This document shows positions 1 to 11,800 of a stretch of 64,000 nucleotides of DNA, in pieces (position 1 is the first letter of the stretch; each line of letters starts with the position of its first letter). Below the pieces are notes generated by a model that worked only from the letters and a program-made list of their open reading frames with translations, did not search any database and was not told the origin of the DNA. The position numbers were made by a program, and so were the translations under genes. The stretch is from Eledone cirrhosa (lineage: Eukaryota), in NCBI GenBank assembly GCA_964016885.1, contig OZ024741.1, positions 164,486,001 through 164,550,000 of the forward strand, read 5' to 3'.

Positions 1-761
1 ATATATCAGCGTATCAGTCTTTTTATTCCGGGGTCATTCTGCAGATAAAATTCATTGGGGGGGGGGTCTCCTTTTTTTAGGTATCGAAAAATAAGATATT
101 TTGCTCTAGCTCCCACATTTTAAAGCAAAATAGAATTTATCATTACACATGCTGTAATGGCTTTATATTTTGCATTTGTTGTACAGGGACGGCATGGCAG
201 CCGCTTAAATATTCAAAAATATCACTTTTAGACTCAAATTTCCACTTTTTCGGCTCTAGCTCCCACATTAATCAACCTACTTTCTTCAAATTTTACACTA
301 CGCTAGATCTGATTATTTCACGTCTTAAAGTGGCTTTACATTTTGGATATTTTGTTCAGGAACGGCGTGGCAGCTGCTTGAATATTCGAAAATACCACCT
401 TTTCGGCTCTAGCTCCCACATTTTTCAACCGATTTCGTTCAAATTCGAAAGTTCGGCTCCACCTCACACATATATCAATTTATTTCGTTGAACTTTTATA
501 CTACGATAGAACCTTTCATTGCACATCTTATAGTAGCTTTACACTTTGCATTTTTTGTTCAGGGACGACGTGGCAGCCGTTTAACTCTTCAAACTACGAT
601 TTTTTCCACCTCCCACATATTCCATACGATTTCACTCAGCATTTCGCCATTTGCTACACCTTACTATCGATTTTGAAGAAACTCACAGTCGCTAAGATCA
701 CCTTTTCATCAAAGCAGATATTATGTTACCTACCCAGGCAACGCTGGGTACTGCTGCTAGT
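1..761 (+). mobile_element. 3' part of a non-autonomous Helitron-like element with internal degenerate subrepeats
   Basis: Ends in a subterminal hairpin TACCCAGGC-AAC-GCTGGGTA (731-750) followed by CTAG|T (757-761), the canonical Helitron 3' signature. The body has repeated 'ttttcggctctagctcccaca' and 'cagggacggcgtggcagccg' blocks. Confidence 0.6.
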
Positions 762-949
762 ATATATATAAAAGCAGAGGGGTATGTAGTCTTGACAACT
801 GCTTATGAGCAAGAAACGGTGACCGTCACTAGATTTACAAAACCAAATTGTAAAATTATAATATAAACTTAAATTAAATTGTTTAATGAAGTCATTCTTT
901 TCCTTTTTTTAAAATATACCTAACTGTACCAAGGATTCCACACATTTTT

Positions 950-989
<40 letters not shown>

Positions 990-1625
990 AAATGGGGAGA
1001 AGAATACTGCATGGTTGCACATGGATAACATGTTATAAAATGAGTCCCTCATCAGTGATTTACCAACGATCATAGATATTTCATTGCATTAAAAATCATA
1101 TACCTCACGTTGGTGCAATAATAACTAAATTAAGTTATTAGGACAATTAAAACGCGTAAAGCGAGTGAGACAAGTAAACAACAATATATATATATAAATT
1201 AATAAAAACAATGAAATAAAAACAAAGAGCAAGTTCCTTATATTAAAAAATTATCATTTTACGATCGTTTCTGGGATGTATATGTGTGTTGGTATGTACA
1301 TCATATAGATCTATGTAAAAATATACATACCTATATATATATATATAAAATGTTCTCCCTAGCCCAGAGGCTCATCAGGCTGGAGTTTATCCCAGTTGTA
1401 TTGGTGTTAAGTGACTCAGAATACAAGAGTATCTCCTGACTAGAACACCATTCCATTGTAGAGATATCCCACTCTGTTACTAGAACATATATTTTCCAGC
1501 TGAGAGGGCTGGAGCACCATGGACAGGAGCATCTTTCTCAACGACACAATATGTATCTCAATCAGGAAATCAATCTTACAATCATGAACCCAACATCTTA
1601 GCTGCTAGACCCCTTCACAGTATAT

Positions 1626-1971
1626 ATCATCATTCATCATCATTTCATTTTACGTCCGCTTTTCCCTGCTTGCAAGGGTGGGACGGGAACTGATTCTGGC
1701 TTGATTTCTACAGCTGGATGCCCTTCCTAACACCAACCTCATTTACAGTGAGTGCTGGGTGCTTTTTTGCCATGGCACCTCTATGACCACTTTGCAGTGG
1801 AATGATATGGACCCCAGTCCCTATCATCTCATTTCTACAGCTGAGTAAAACTGGAGCAATGTGAAATAAAGAGTCTTGCTCAAGGAAACAACACATCACC
1901 CGGTCTGAGAATTGAACTCACAACCTTTCGATTGCAAGGCCAATGCTCTAACCACTAAGCCATGTGCCTCC
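1626..1971 (-). mobile_element. tRNA-derived SINE (family 1) with RTE-LINE-derived 3' tail
   Basis: Minus-strand head GGAGGCACATGGCTTAGTGG (A box) and GAGTTCAATTC (B box). The tail carries 'aggaagggcatccagctgtagaaa...ggacgtaaaatga(tga)n', as in the RTE LINE 3' UTR. Near-identical copies at 48833 and 63225. Confidence 0.8.
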
Positions 1972-2557
1972 AGTGTATTTGTGCCCACCTTTCCATGCTG
2001 ACATTGGTTAGATGGTATATTTTGAGACGTTGTACAGCTATATGCCCTTTCTGATGCCAACCCATTTAGTTGTTACTTACTGGCATGCAGAGATACTGTA
2101 TATCTATTCTAAAACCCAGTATATATGATGGTGAGATGGATCTACAGTATTGAGACTAATAATATGGTGTTACATAACCACTATCGATTAGTCACTAGGT
2201 CACTATATTGATTTATCATGATCAATCAACCTTCTGAAATAATCATAAAGCACCTTTTGTTATCATCGTTCAATACATATATATATATATATAATATATA
2301 TACATATATATATATATGTATGATATACACACACACATATATATATATGTGTAAACAGAAATAACAAAAATAACAAAACAAACAGCACAGTACATGGAAG
2401 AAATATATTAGTTTAATACTTGAAATACCAGGAAGAGAATCTAGTCCTTCCTCAGAAGATAGTGTTAGATATAGAAGATAAATAGAAAGTAAAGAATGGT
2501 GAGAGGAGGGAACGAGAGAAAAATGAGAAAAAAAACACATGTGTGTATCAGTTGACC

Positions 2558-2715
2558 TTGGATTTCATTGAGCATTCAAATAATCTAAAGAGTCATATAT
2601 ATATATAAATATATATATATATGCTAGCGTGGAAGATGGACTTTAAACGATGATGATGATGATATATATATATTATATGACTCTTTAGCTTGTTTGAATG
2701 CTCAATGAAATCCAA
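2558..2715. repeat. 40-bp inverted repeat enclosing a (TA)n tract and an RTE 3'-end stub
   Basis: ttggatttcattgagcattcaaataatctaaagagtcata (2558-2597) versus tatgactctttagcttgtttgaatgctcaatgaaatccaa (2676-2715). Confidence 0.85.
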
Positions 2716-3131
2716 TATGACGACAGCTTACAACAAAACAAGAACACTCATCATCTGATTTCGATGGAATTTATACTTCTGTGCTACTTGGAGTTGTAAT
2801 TGTGTTATTGGCCCTAGCATAGACAGGAAGATACTCATGTATGTATATGTATATACATAAATAAGGCCATTATTGCTCCAATCAGTCTACTCACCCTCAG
2901 CAAATAACTGAAACCAAACACCAACCTGTACCGATGACCCCCTGCCAAACCAAACGGTAGGCACCCTCCAAATTCATCAAATCATATGCAGACCACTTAT
3001 TTAAATAAACTCGACTTATGCAACCAAACCTTAATATCCACATAATGAGGAAGACATGTTACCATGCTGCAGCTGTCATATCACTTAGTTTCTATATAAA
3101 GCCAAATCTATTATTATCTCCCTTTGTGTCC

Positions 3132-3170
<39 letters not shown>

Positions 3171-3242
3171 ATGTGGTGAATTTTGTAAACAAATTTTAAA
3201 TCCCAAGTTGGCAGAGGACTTAGTCCAAGGGATGATTTACAA

Positions 3243-3454
3243 TATACAAAATTAGGTTAAATTTACAACATTTTCATCTGTCAAATACTTGTGTTTCACT
3301 GGGAAATTATTATTTCTCCAGTTTGTCAGTTAGACATCTTTCAAAGACATTGAACTGACAAGCTGTAAAAATATTAATCCCCTAGTGAAACACCTATACA
3401 TTAGGTGGATGAAAATAGGATGAAAATGTTATGAATTTAACCTAATTTTGTGTA
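3243..3454. mobile_element. Degenerate fold-back/MITE-like palindrome
   Basis: tatacaaaattaggttaaatttacaacattttcatc ... gatgaaaatgttatgaatttaacctaattttgtgta. Inner arms also pair (tgtttcact/agtgaaaca, ttgtcagtt/aactgacaa). Confidence 0.65.
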
Positions 3455-3765
3455 AAGCACCTAACCCACATTTTAAGCTGGTCGTGTAGGTGTTATCTCA
3501 CTGTAAATGAAGTTGGTGCTAGGAAAGGCATCCAGCTGTAGAAACCAAGCTAAAATCAGTTCTGTATGAGCAAGGCATGATCACCTGACCTGGCATTGCT
3601 CACAACAGGATAACTAGTCTAATCCATGCCAGTATGGAAAAATGGACATTAAACGATGACGATGATGATGATGATATATCTATGTGTATCCTGGGTTCAA
3701 TTGGGGGGTAACTAGTGTAAGTAAGGTACTCAATACATAGCAGAGTATAAATATTTCTATATTAA

Positions 3766-3796
<31 letters not shown>

Positions 3797-4967
3797 CATA
3801 CACACATTCGTATTTTCTGGCATGTTTACATGCCTATATATCAAATATGTAGGCATGTCCAGGTTCGGTTACACACACTGTATGTATACAGATATACCTT
3901 TATCATACACTTCTCCTGTTGTGTGTGTGTTCATAATAGGTAGAAAAATAGGAAAATCAGTGCACACATAAACAGTGTGAAGCAGTGCTATATTAGTTCT
4001 ATTATATATATATATACATATAGTTTGTGGTGTTTGTATGCATTGCTAGATACAATAATTTTCAAATTGAACAATTTAATCTGCCTGTCAGACTTCTGAA
4101 GTATCTAAAATGAAACCTGCTTTTATAGGATTAAACATAGTTGTTTTATAAATTTCAGTTCAACATCCTGCCATCTTGCAGCTTAATACTGCACCTAACA
4201 AGGACAATGCCATGCTATATCACCCACACACACTTTATTTCATGACATAAATAATAAGTTGTCACTTTTGTCCAGCATTAAGCTATCAGCTTCTAAAGCT
4301 AATGAACTATAATTCTAAAATATAGTTTAAACCCTCTCACCCACATGAACAAACAAAATGGAGGATACAAAAACACTAGTCAAAATATAGGCAAAAAATA
4401 AGGGATTATAATATTGTACATGAAACATTTCTTAATAAAATAGTTTTGATAAAATATAAACCAAGCCAATGGATTATGGTGGGGTTGAGAAGTTAACTTT
4501 ATGAAAAGACCCCCCCCCTCCCACCAAAAAAGTAATAAATAGATAAATAAGAGGTGGAATTTATATTTTTTTCCTATTTACTGATCAGTATGCTTCTTGT
4601 GTGCCATATTCCATAGATTTTTGGTAAAATCACTTCAAAGGAATGTCAAAAACCATCAAGATTTGAGAAGAGATTAAATGCAACACCACTGCAGGAAGTG
4701 GGGGAAAGGGGGCTTTACTCTAAAGCAACTTTCACTCTCCTTTATCTATTGAGTAAGAATGTCAAGTTAAGCCATTGTTATTTATGCTATGACATGGACA
4801 GTTGGCTGAGAGAAGGGGGAAAAGAAGGTGAAGGAAATGAGTCGGAGAGGGGGTGATGGAAGATATCAATATTATCCATATGATAGAAAATAAACCAGTA
4901 AAATATACACAGTTATACATACACAGATGAATTTATATTTTAGCATATTTGTATGTACTTATGCAAT

Positions 4968-5036
<69 letters not shown>

Positions 5037-5039
5037 TAA

Positions 5040-5375
5040 AGTGCATGGCTTAGTGGTTAGAACATCGGGCTTACAATCATGAGGTTGTGAGTTTGATTCT
5101 CAGACCGGGCTTTGTGTTGCATTCTTGAGCAAGACACTTTATTTCATGTTGCTCAAATTTACTCAGTTGTAGAAATGAGTTGTGATGTCACTGGTGCCAA
5201 GTTGTATCGGCCATTGCCTTTCCCTAGAACAACATCGGTGGCGTGGAGAGGGAGAGTGGCATATATGCATGGATGACTGCTGGTCTTGCACAAACAACCT
5301 TGCTGAAACTTGTGCCGTGGAGGGGAACTTTCTAGGTGCAAGTTCCATGGTCATTCTTGACCGCAGGATGTTTTT
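5040..5375 (+). mobile_element. tRNA-derived SINE (family 1 head, different 3' region)
   Basis: catggcttagtggttaga (A box), gagtttgattc (B box) and the 'ttgagcaagacactttatttca' core. The same 3' region occurs inverted at 24884-25164. Confidence 0.7.
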
Positions 5376-6631
5376 ACCCTATTCTTTAACCTATAAATAT
5401 ATGATCGTATAAGTACACCCACACATATATATATATATACATGATTGTATAAGTACACCCACACATATATATATATGATCGTATAAGTACACCCACACAT
5501 ATATATACATGATCGTATAAGTACACCCACACATATCAACATCATCCTCCTCCTCACTGTTTATTATGTATTTTCCATGCTTGCATGGGTTAGACAGGTC
5601 ATCACGCTTGGAGGCTAGATGTGTCAGGTGACCATGTCTTGCTCATACATTCCATTTTGACTTGGGTTTCTAAGGCTGAAAGCTTTTCTTAATGCCACAA
5701 CTATACAATGTATACTGGGTCACAGCACCAGCACTACCACTTTACAGAGTGGACTGGGTGCAATGTATCATAGCACCAACACTCATATTACAGAGTGAGC
5801 TGAGTGCAATATATTGTGGCATCAACACTACGTCATTACAATGCTAGGATGTTCATTGTGTCCTTGGCCTGACTGGGGAGGCAGTTATGAAACTGCGGGT
5901 GCAATATGAGAAGTGGGGCAAGCTACATGCTGTTTGCCAAAGAGAGGAGTCAGTTGTCCCATCATGGGAGAGCAAGCATTGGATCATGGAGGCGACATTG
6001 AAGAAATGAGTTGCATTTGGTGGTATTTGTGGGGCATGACAATTTTCCTTACTGGCATGGCTTGGACAAGGAAGGGCGTGGTGAAGGATGTGAGTGGAGG
6101 GAGTTTAAGAAAGGGGACTTAGATAATGAAGGGAGGAGGCATGAAGGTGGGGAAGGTGGATGGAGGAATTGGGCAGGAGTGGGAAGCATGATGGTAAACA
6201 GGGGTTCAAATGTCATTTCACTTCTCTGCTACCCCCATGCAAGGTAAATCTGTCATACAGAGTATTGCCAATCAACTCAATCCTGTGGTATCTCCTTTAT
6301 GAGGTTCAGTTGTGCAAAGTCAGCCATCACACCATCCCAGGTTTTATATATATGAAGCCACATTAGCACAATGACTGCATCACATTAAATACTAACATCT
6401 TTACTTTAATACTGCACATTTCTACAGCAATTGAATTAACAAACCTATTTAGATATTTGCTGCTCGATCATTAGAGGTTATTAAAAGTTAATGTATGTAG
6501 TTGATGGAAACCACCTCAGTATATCACTGGTATGTATTTAACAATAATGGATATGATTGACCCCAAACGGAAAGTATATAGGGATGAGATTAGTATAGCT
6601 TGGTGCTCTAGCACTTCTAACTTGAAATTAT

Positions 6632-6880
6632 AGTGGTGTGATGGTGATGGTAATGGTAATGGTAGTGTTGGTAGTAGTTAGTGGTGGTAGTGATAGTGGT
6701 GGTGGTGGTGGTAGTAGTAGTAGTAGTGATAGTGGTGGTGGTGGTGGTTGTGGTGGTAGTAGTAGTAGTGATAGTGGTGGTGGTGGTTGTGGTGATAGTA
6801 GTAGTAGTAGTAGTAATGATAGTGGTGGTGGAGGTTGTGGTGGTGGTAGTAGTAATAGAAGTAGTAGTAGTAGTAGTAGT
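6632..6880. repeat. Compound (GGT)n/(AGT)n microsatellite
   Basis: Direct reading; it produces the spurious Gly/Ser, poly-Val and His/Tyr ORFs. Confidence 0.9.
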
Positions 6881-7326
6881 AGAGAATATGACAAAATAGC
6901 AAAATATTCATTCCAAAAATTATGTCAAAAATGTTTCAAAAATGTTAAAAAACAACAACACAAAATGAATAAATAAAATGTTATAAAATAGATAAAAACA
7001 AATAAACAAACAAAGATGACATGCAGATACTGAAGCATAAAATGAAAGGATAAAATGAAAGGATAAAAGATGGTTGGAAATGAAGATGTCAAAAAAACAA
7101 AAACAGATAAGACTTGGCTGAGATGCAAAGAATTGGGAAGTTTGAAATTATAGTCACCACAATGCAGATAATTATAATAATAGAAGATGACTACAGATAA
7201 TAGTTGCATAAATTGGGTAAAGTATCCATGGAGGGGGAAAAAGTGGACAGCAATGCCTGTGAGGAAATGGAAACATGTTCCGTTCTGTCTCTGGCCACTT
7301 TTTTTCCAACTCCAGGCATACTTTAC

Positions 7327-7549
7327 TTAACTCTTTAGCATTTACACTACTCCATATTTACTATTGTATTTTCACAGTAAAGGCTTTACCTCACATAATC
7401 ATCTCACATAGTATCGAATCTATGGTATTTTGATGTTATTTATTTTGAGAATAATACCTTAACATCAGTATGAGTGGCTGGTTACAGCCTGTTTGAACAG
7501 AAAGAGGTGAGAGAATTCTGGCCGGGTATGGACAGTTTAAATGGGTTAA
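7327..7549. mobile_element. TTAA-flanked piggyBac-type MITE (family A), degenerate copy
   Basis: ttaa-ctctttagcattta ... tttaaatggg-ttaa; internal sequence matches 23381-23590. Confidence 0.7.
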
Positions 7550-7876
7550 TATATTCCACTATTTTTTTTATAGTTATCAACTATTATTATAATTATCTGC
7601 CTTCCATCCTTACGGGGTCGATAAAATAAAGTACCAGTAATACACTGGGTAATTGCTGGCCTTGTGCCAAAAGTAGAAACAATTATTATAATTATCTGCA
7701 TTGTGACAACTATATTTTCAAATTATGAATAGATAAATAAATTAATGAAATAAAGGCGAAATAAATCTAGTAACTTTCTATGTCTAAAATTTCTTGGCAA
7801 TGAATAAAGAATTTGTTCAACACAAAAGACAGGGCTTTGGGTTTCCTGCTGCCACATAGCTGGCAATGACTGTTAT

Positions 7877-8089
7877 TTAATTCTTAACATCCTGTACTTT
7901 ATGAAATCACATTTTTGGAAAGTAGAAAACTGCATTATGGTTGCATCATATTAATATGAGAGTGTTTACTCTAAAGCTACAAATTTTCACAATAATTTGT
8001 CCACTAGTAAAGATACTATAAACATTCGAATTAACAAATGTGTTCTTAGATATTTCTCAGTTAAACCATTACAGGATGTTAAGAGTTAA
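7877..8089. mobile_element. TTAA-flanked MITE (family B)
   Basis: TIRs ttaa-ttcttaacatcctgta / tacaggatgttaagag-ttaa; related copy at 53056-53259. Confidence 0.7.
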
Positions 8090-8399
8090 TTCTCTTCTTA
8101 TATAAAAAAAAGAGTTGATATGTCTTTATATTTTTTAACACTAGATGAACAATATCAACTGTCACAATTGATTGAAATTTTTTTTAGAAAAATCGAAACA
8201 ATATTAAAACTGGTGTATCTGTTGCATAAAAAACCTGATGCACTGTGAACATGGATGGTTAGAATCTTTGTGTGTGTGTGTGAAGGAGAAAGAGAGAGAG
8301 TGTGATGGTGCCAATGCAGAATTTATTTTAACTTCACATCTTTATAGAAATGGAGAGTGAGTGAGTGTGTATGTGAGAGAGTGTGGGGAGAAAGAGAGA

Positions 8400-8472
<73 letters not shown>

Positions 8473-8816
8473 CTAAAAAAAGGAATTATTTCTATAAAAT
8501 AGATTGTTTATCCTCAAATTATAACCGAGTAAAATATTCCATTTTGGTCGTTTCAAGTTTCAATCATTTGTTAAATTTATTTGATTTATTTTGTTGTATA
8601 TATGTGTAATTAAATGGTATATATTTTAATTGTCTGTATATATACTCATATATAACTTATAAAACATTTAAAATATGGAATTTAAACCATGGAATTTCTG
8701 TGAAGTCATTATTCATAATTGTCCTTAAAGAAATGTATAAATTCATACAATCTAACATGCCTTTTTTTTTCAATCAGTTTGAAGTGAAATTATCAAGTAG
8801 CTGAATGAATTATAGA

Positions 8817-11800
8817 ATTATTGTATTATGGTGTTTCTATGGGAGATAGCTATCATTGTCTTGTGGTATTTTTGTGGGAGATAGCTATTATTGTCTTGTG
8901 GTATTTCTGTGGGAGATAGCTACCATTGTCTTGTGGTATTTTTGTGGGAGATAGCTACCATTGTCTTGTGGTATTTTTGTGGGAGATAGCTATCATTGTC
9001 TTGTGGTATTTTTGTGGGAGATAGCTACCATTGTCTTGTGGTATTTTTGTGGGAGATAGCTACCATTGTCTTGTGGTATTTCTGTGGGAGATAGCTATTA
9101 TTGTATTGTGGTGTTACTGTGGGAGGTAGCTATTATTGTCTTGTGGTGTTGCTGTGGGAGATAGCTATTATTGTATTGTGGTGTTGCTGTGGGAGATGGC
9201 TATTATTGTATTGTGGTGTTACTGTGGGAGATAGATATTATTGTATTGTGGTGTTACTGTGGGAGGTAGCTATTATTGTATTGTGGTGTTACTGTGGGAG
9301 GTAGCTATTATTGTATTGTGGTGTTACTGTGGGAGGTAGCTATTATTGTATTGTGGTGTTACTGTGGGAGATAGATATTATTGTATTGTGGTGTTACTGT
9401 GGGAGGTAGCTATTATTGTATTGTGGTGTTACTGTGGGAGGTAGCTATTATTGTATTGTGGTGTTACTGTGGGAGGTAGCTATTATTGTATTGTGGTGTT
9501 ACTGTGGGAGGTAGCTATTATTGTATTGTGGTGTTGCTGTGGGAGATGGCTATTATTGTATTGTGGTGTTACTGTGGGAGATAGCTATTATTGTATTGTG
9601 GTGTTACTGTGGGAGGTAGCTATTATTGTATTGTGGTGTTACTGTGGGAGGTAGCTATTATTGTATTGTGGTGTTACTGTGGGAGGTAGCTATTATTGTA
9701 TTGTGGTGTTACTGTGGGAGATAGCTATTATTGTCTTGTGGTGTTGCTGTGGGAGATAGCTATTATTGTATTGTGGTGTTGCTGTGGGAGATGGCTATTA
9801 TTGTATTGTGGTGTTACTGTGGGAGATAGCTATTATTGTATTGTGGTGTTACTGTGGGAGATAGATATTATTGTATTGTGGTGTTACTGTGGGAGATAGC
9901 TATTATTGTATTGTGGTGTTGCTGTGGGAGATAGCTATTATTATATTGTGGTGTTACTGTGGGAGATAGCTATTATTGTATTGTGGTGTTGCTGTGGGAG
10001 ATAGATATTATTGTATTGTGGTGTTACTGTGGGAGATAGATATTATTGTATTGTGGTGTTGCTGTGGGAGGTAGCTATTATTATATTGTGGTGTTACTGT
10101 GGGAGATAGCTATTATTGTATTGTGGTGTTGCTGTGGGAGATAGATATTATTGTATTGTGGTGTTACTGTGGGAGATAGATATTATTGTATTGTGGTGTT
10201 ACTGTGGGAGGTAGCTATTATTGTATTGTGGTGTTACTGTGGGAGATAGCTATTATTATATTGTGGTGTTACTGTGGGAGATAGCTATTATTATATTGTG
10301 GTGTTGCTGTGGGAGATGGCTATTATTGTATTGTGGTGTTACTGTGGGAGGTAGCTATTATTATATTGTGGTGTTGCTGTGGGAGATAGCTATTATTGTA
10401 TTGTGGTGTTACTGTGGGAGGTAGCTATTATTATATTGTGGTGTTGCTGTGGGAGATGGCTATTATTGTATTGTGGTGTTGCTGTGGGAGATAGATATTA
10501 TTGTATTGTGGTGTTACTGTGGGAGATAGATATTATTGTATTGTGGTGTTACTGTGGGAGGTAGCTATTATTGTATTGTGGTGTTACTGTGGGAGATAGC
10601 TATTATTGTATTGTGGTATTACTGTGGGAGGTAGCTATTATTGTATTGTGGTATTACTGTGGGAGGTAGCTATTATTGTATTGTGGTGTTACTGTGGGAG
10701 GTAGCTATTATTGTATTGTGGTGTTACTGTGGGAGATAGCTATTATTGTATTGTGGTGTTACTGTGGGAGGTAGCTATTATTGTATTGTGGTGTTACTGT
10801 GGGAGATGGCTATTATTGTATTGTGGTGTTACTGTGGGAGGTAGCTATTATTGTATTGTGGTGTTACTGTGGGAGATAGCTATTATTGTATTGTGGTGTT
10901 ACTGTGGGAGGTAGCTATTATTGTATTGTGGTGTTACTGTGGGAGATAGCTATTATTGTATTGTGGTGTTACTGTGGGAGGTAGCTATTATTGTATTGTG
11001 GTATTACTGTGGGAGGTAGCTATTATTGTATTGTGGTGTTACTGTGGGAGGTAGCTATTATTGTATTGTGGTGTTTCTGTGGGAGATAGCTATTATTGTA
11101 TTGTGGTGTTACTGTGGGAGATAGATATTATTGTATTGTGGTGTTGCTGTGGGAGATAGATATTATTGTATTGTGGTGTTGCTGTGGGAGATAGCTATTA
11201 TTATATTGTGGTGTTGCTGTGGGAGATAGATATTATTGTATTGTGGTGTTACTGTGGGAGGTAGCTATTATTATATTGTGGTGTTACTGTGGGAGATAGC
11301 TATTATTGTATTGTGGTGTTACTGTGGGAGATAGATATTATTGTATTGTGGTGTTACTGTGGGAGATAGCTATTATTGTATTGTGGTGTTGCTGTGGGAG
11401 ATAGCTATTATTATATTGTGGTGTTACTGTGGGAGATAGCTATTATTGTATTGTGGTGTTGCTGTGGGAGATAGATATTATTGTATTGTGGTGTTACTGT
11501 GGGAGATAGCTATTATTGTATTGTGGTGTTACTGTGGGAGATAGATATTATTGTATTGTGGTGTTACTGTGGAAGGTAGCTATTATTGTATTGTGGTGTT
11601 GCTGTGGGAGATAGCTATTATTATATTGTGGTGTTACTGTGGGAGATAGATATTATTGTATTGTGGTATTACTGTGGGAGGTAGCTATTATTGTATTGTG
11701 GTGTTGCTGTGGGAGATAGCTATTATTGTATTGTGGTGTTGCTGTGGGAGATAGCTATTATTGTATTGTGGTGTTGCTGTGGGAGGTAGCTATTATTGTA

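Noticed and set aside
2895-2907. Candidate minus-strand microexon tttcag|TTATTTGCTGAGG|gtgagt in the CASK linker region
   Set aside because: The splice signals are good, but 13 nt (or 31/47 nt with upstream acceptors) is not frame-preserving and there is no homology support.
6628-6976. Gly/Ser-, Pro/Leu-, His/Tyr- and Val-rich ORFs, and similar IYIY/CVCV/poly-K ORFs elsewhere
   Set aside because: These are translations of simple microsatellites.
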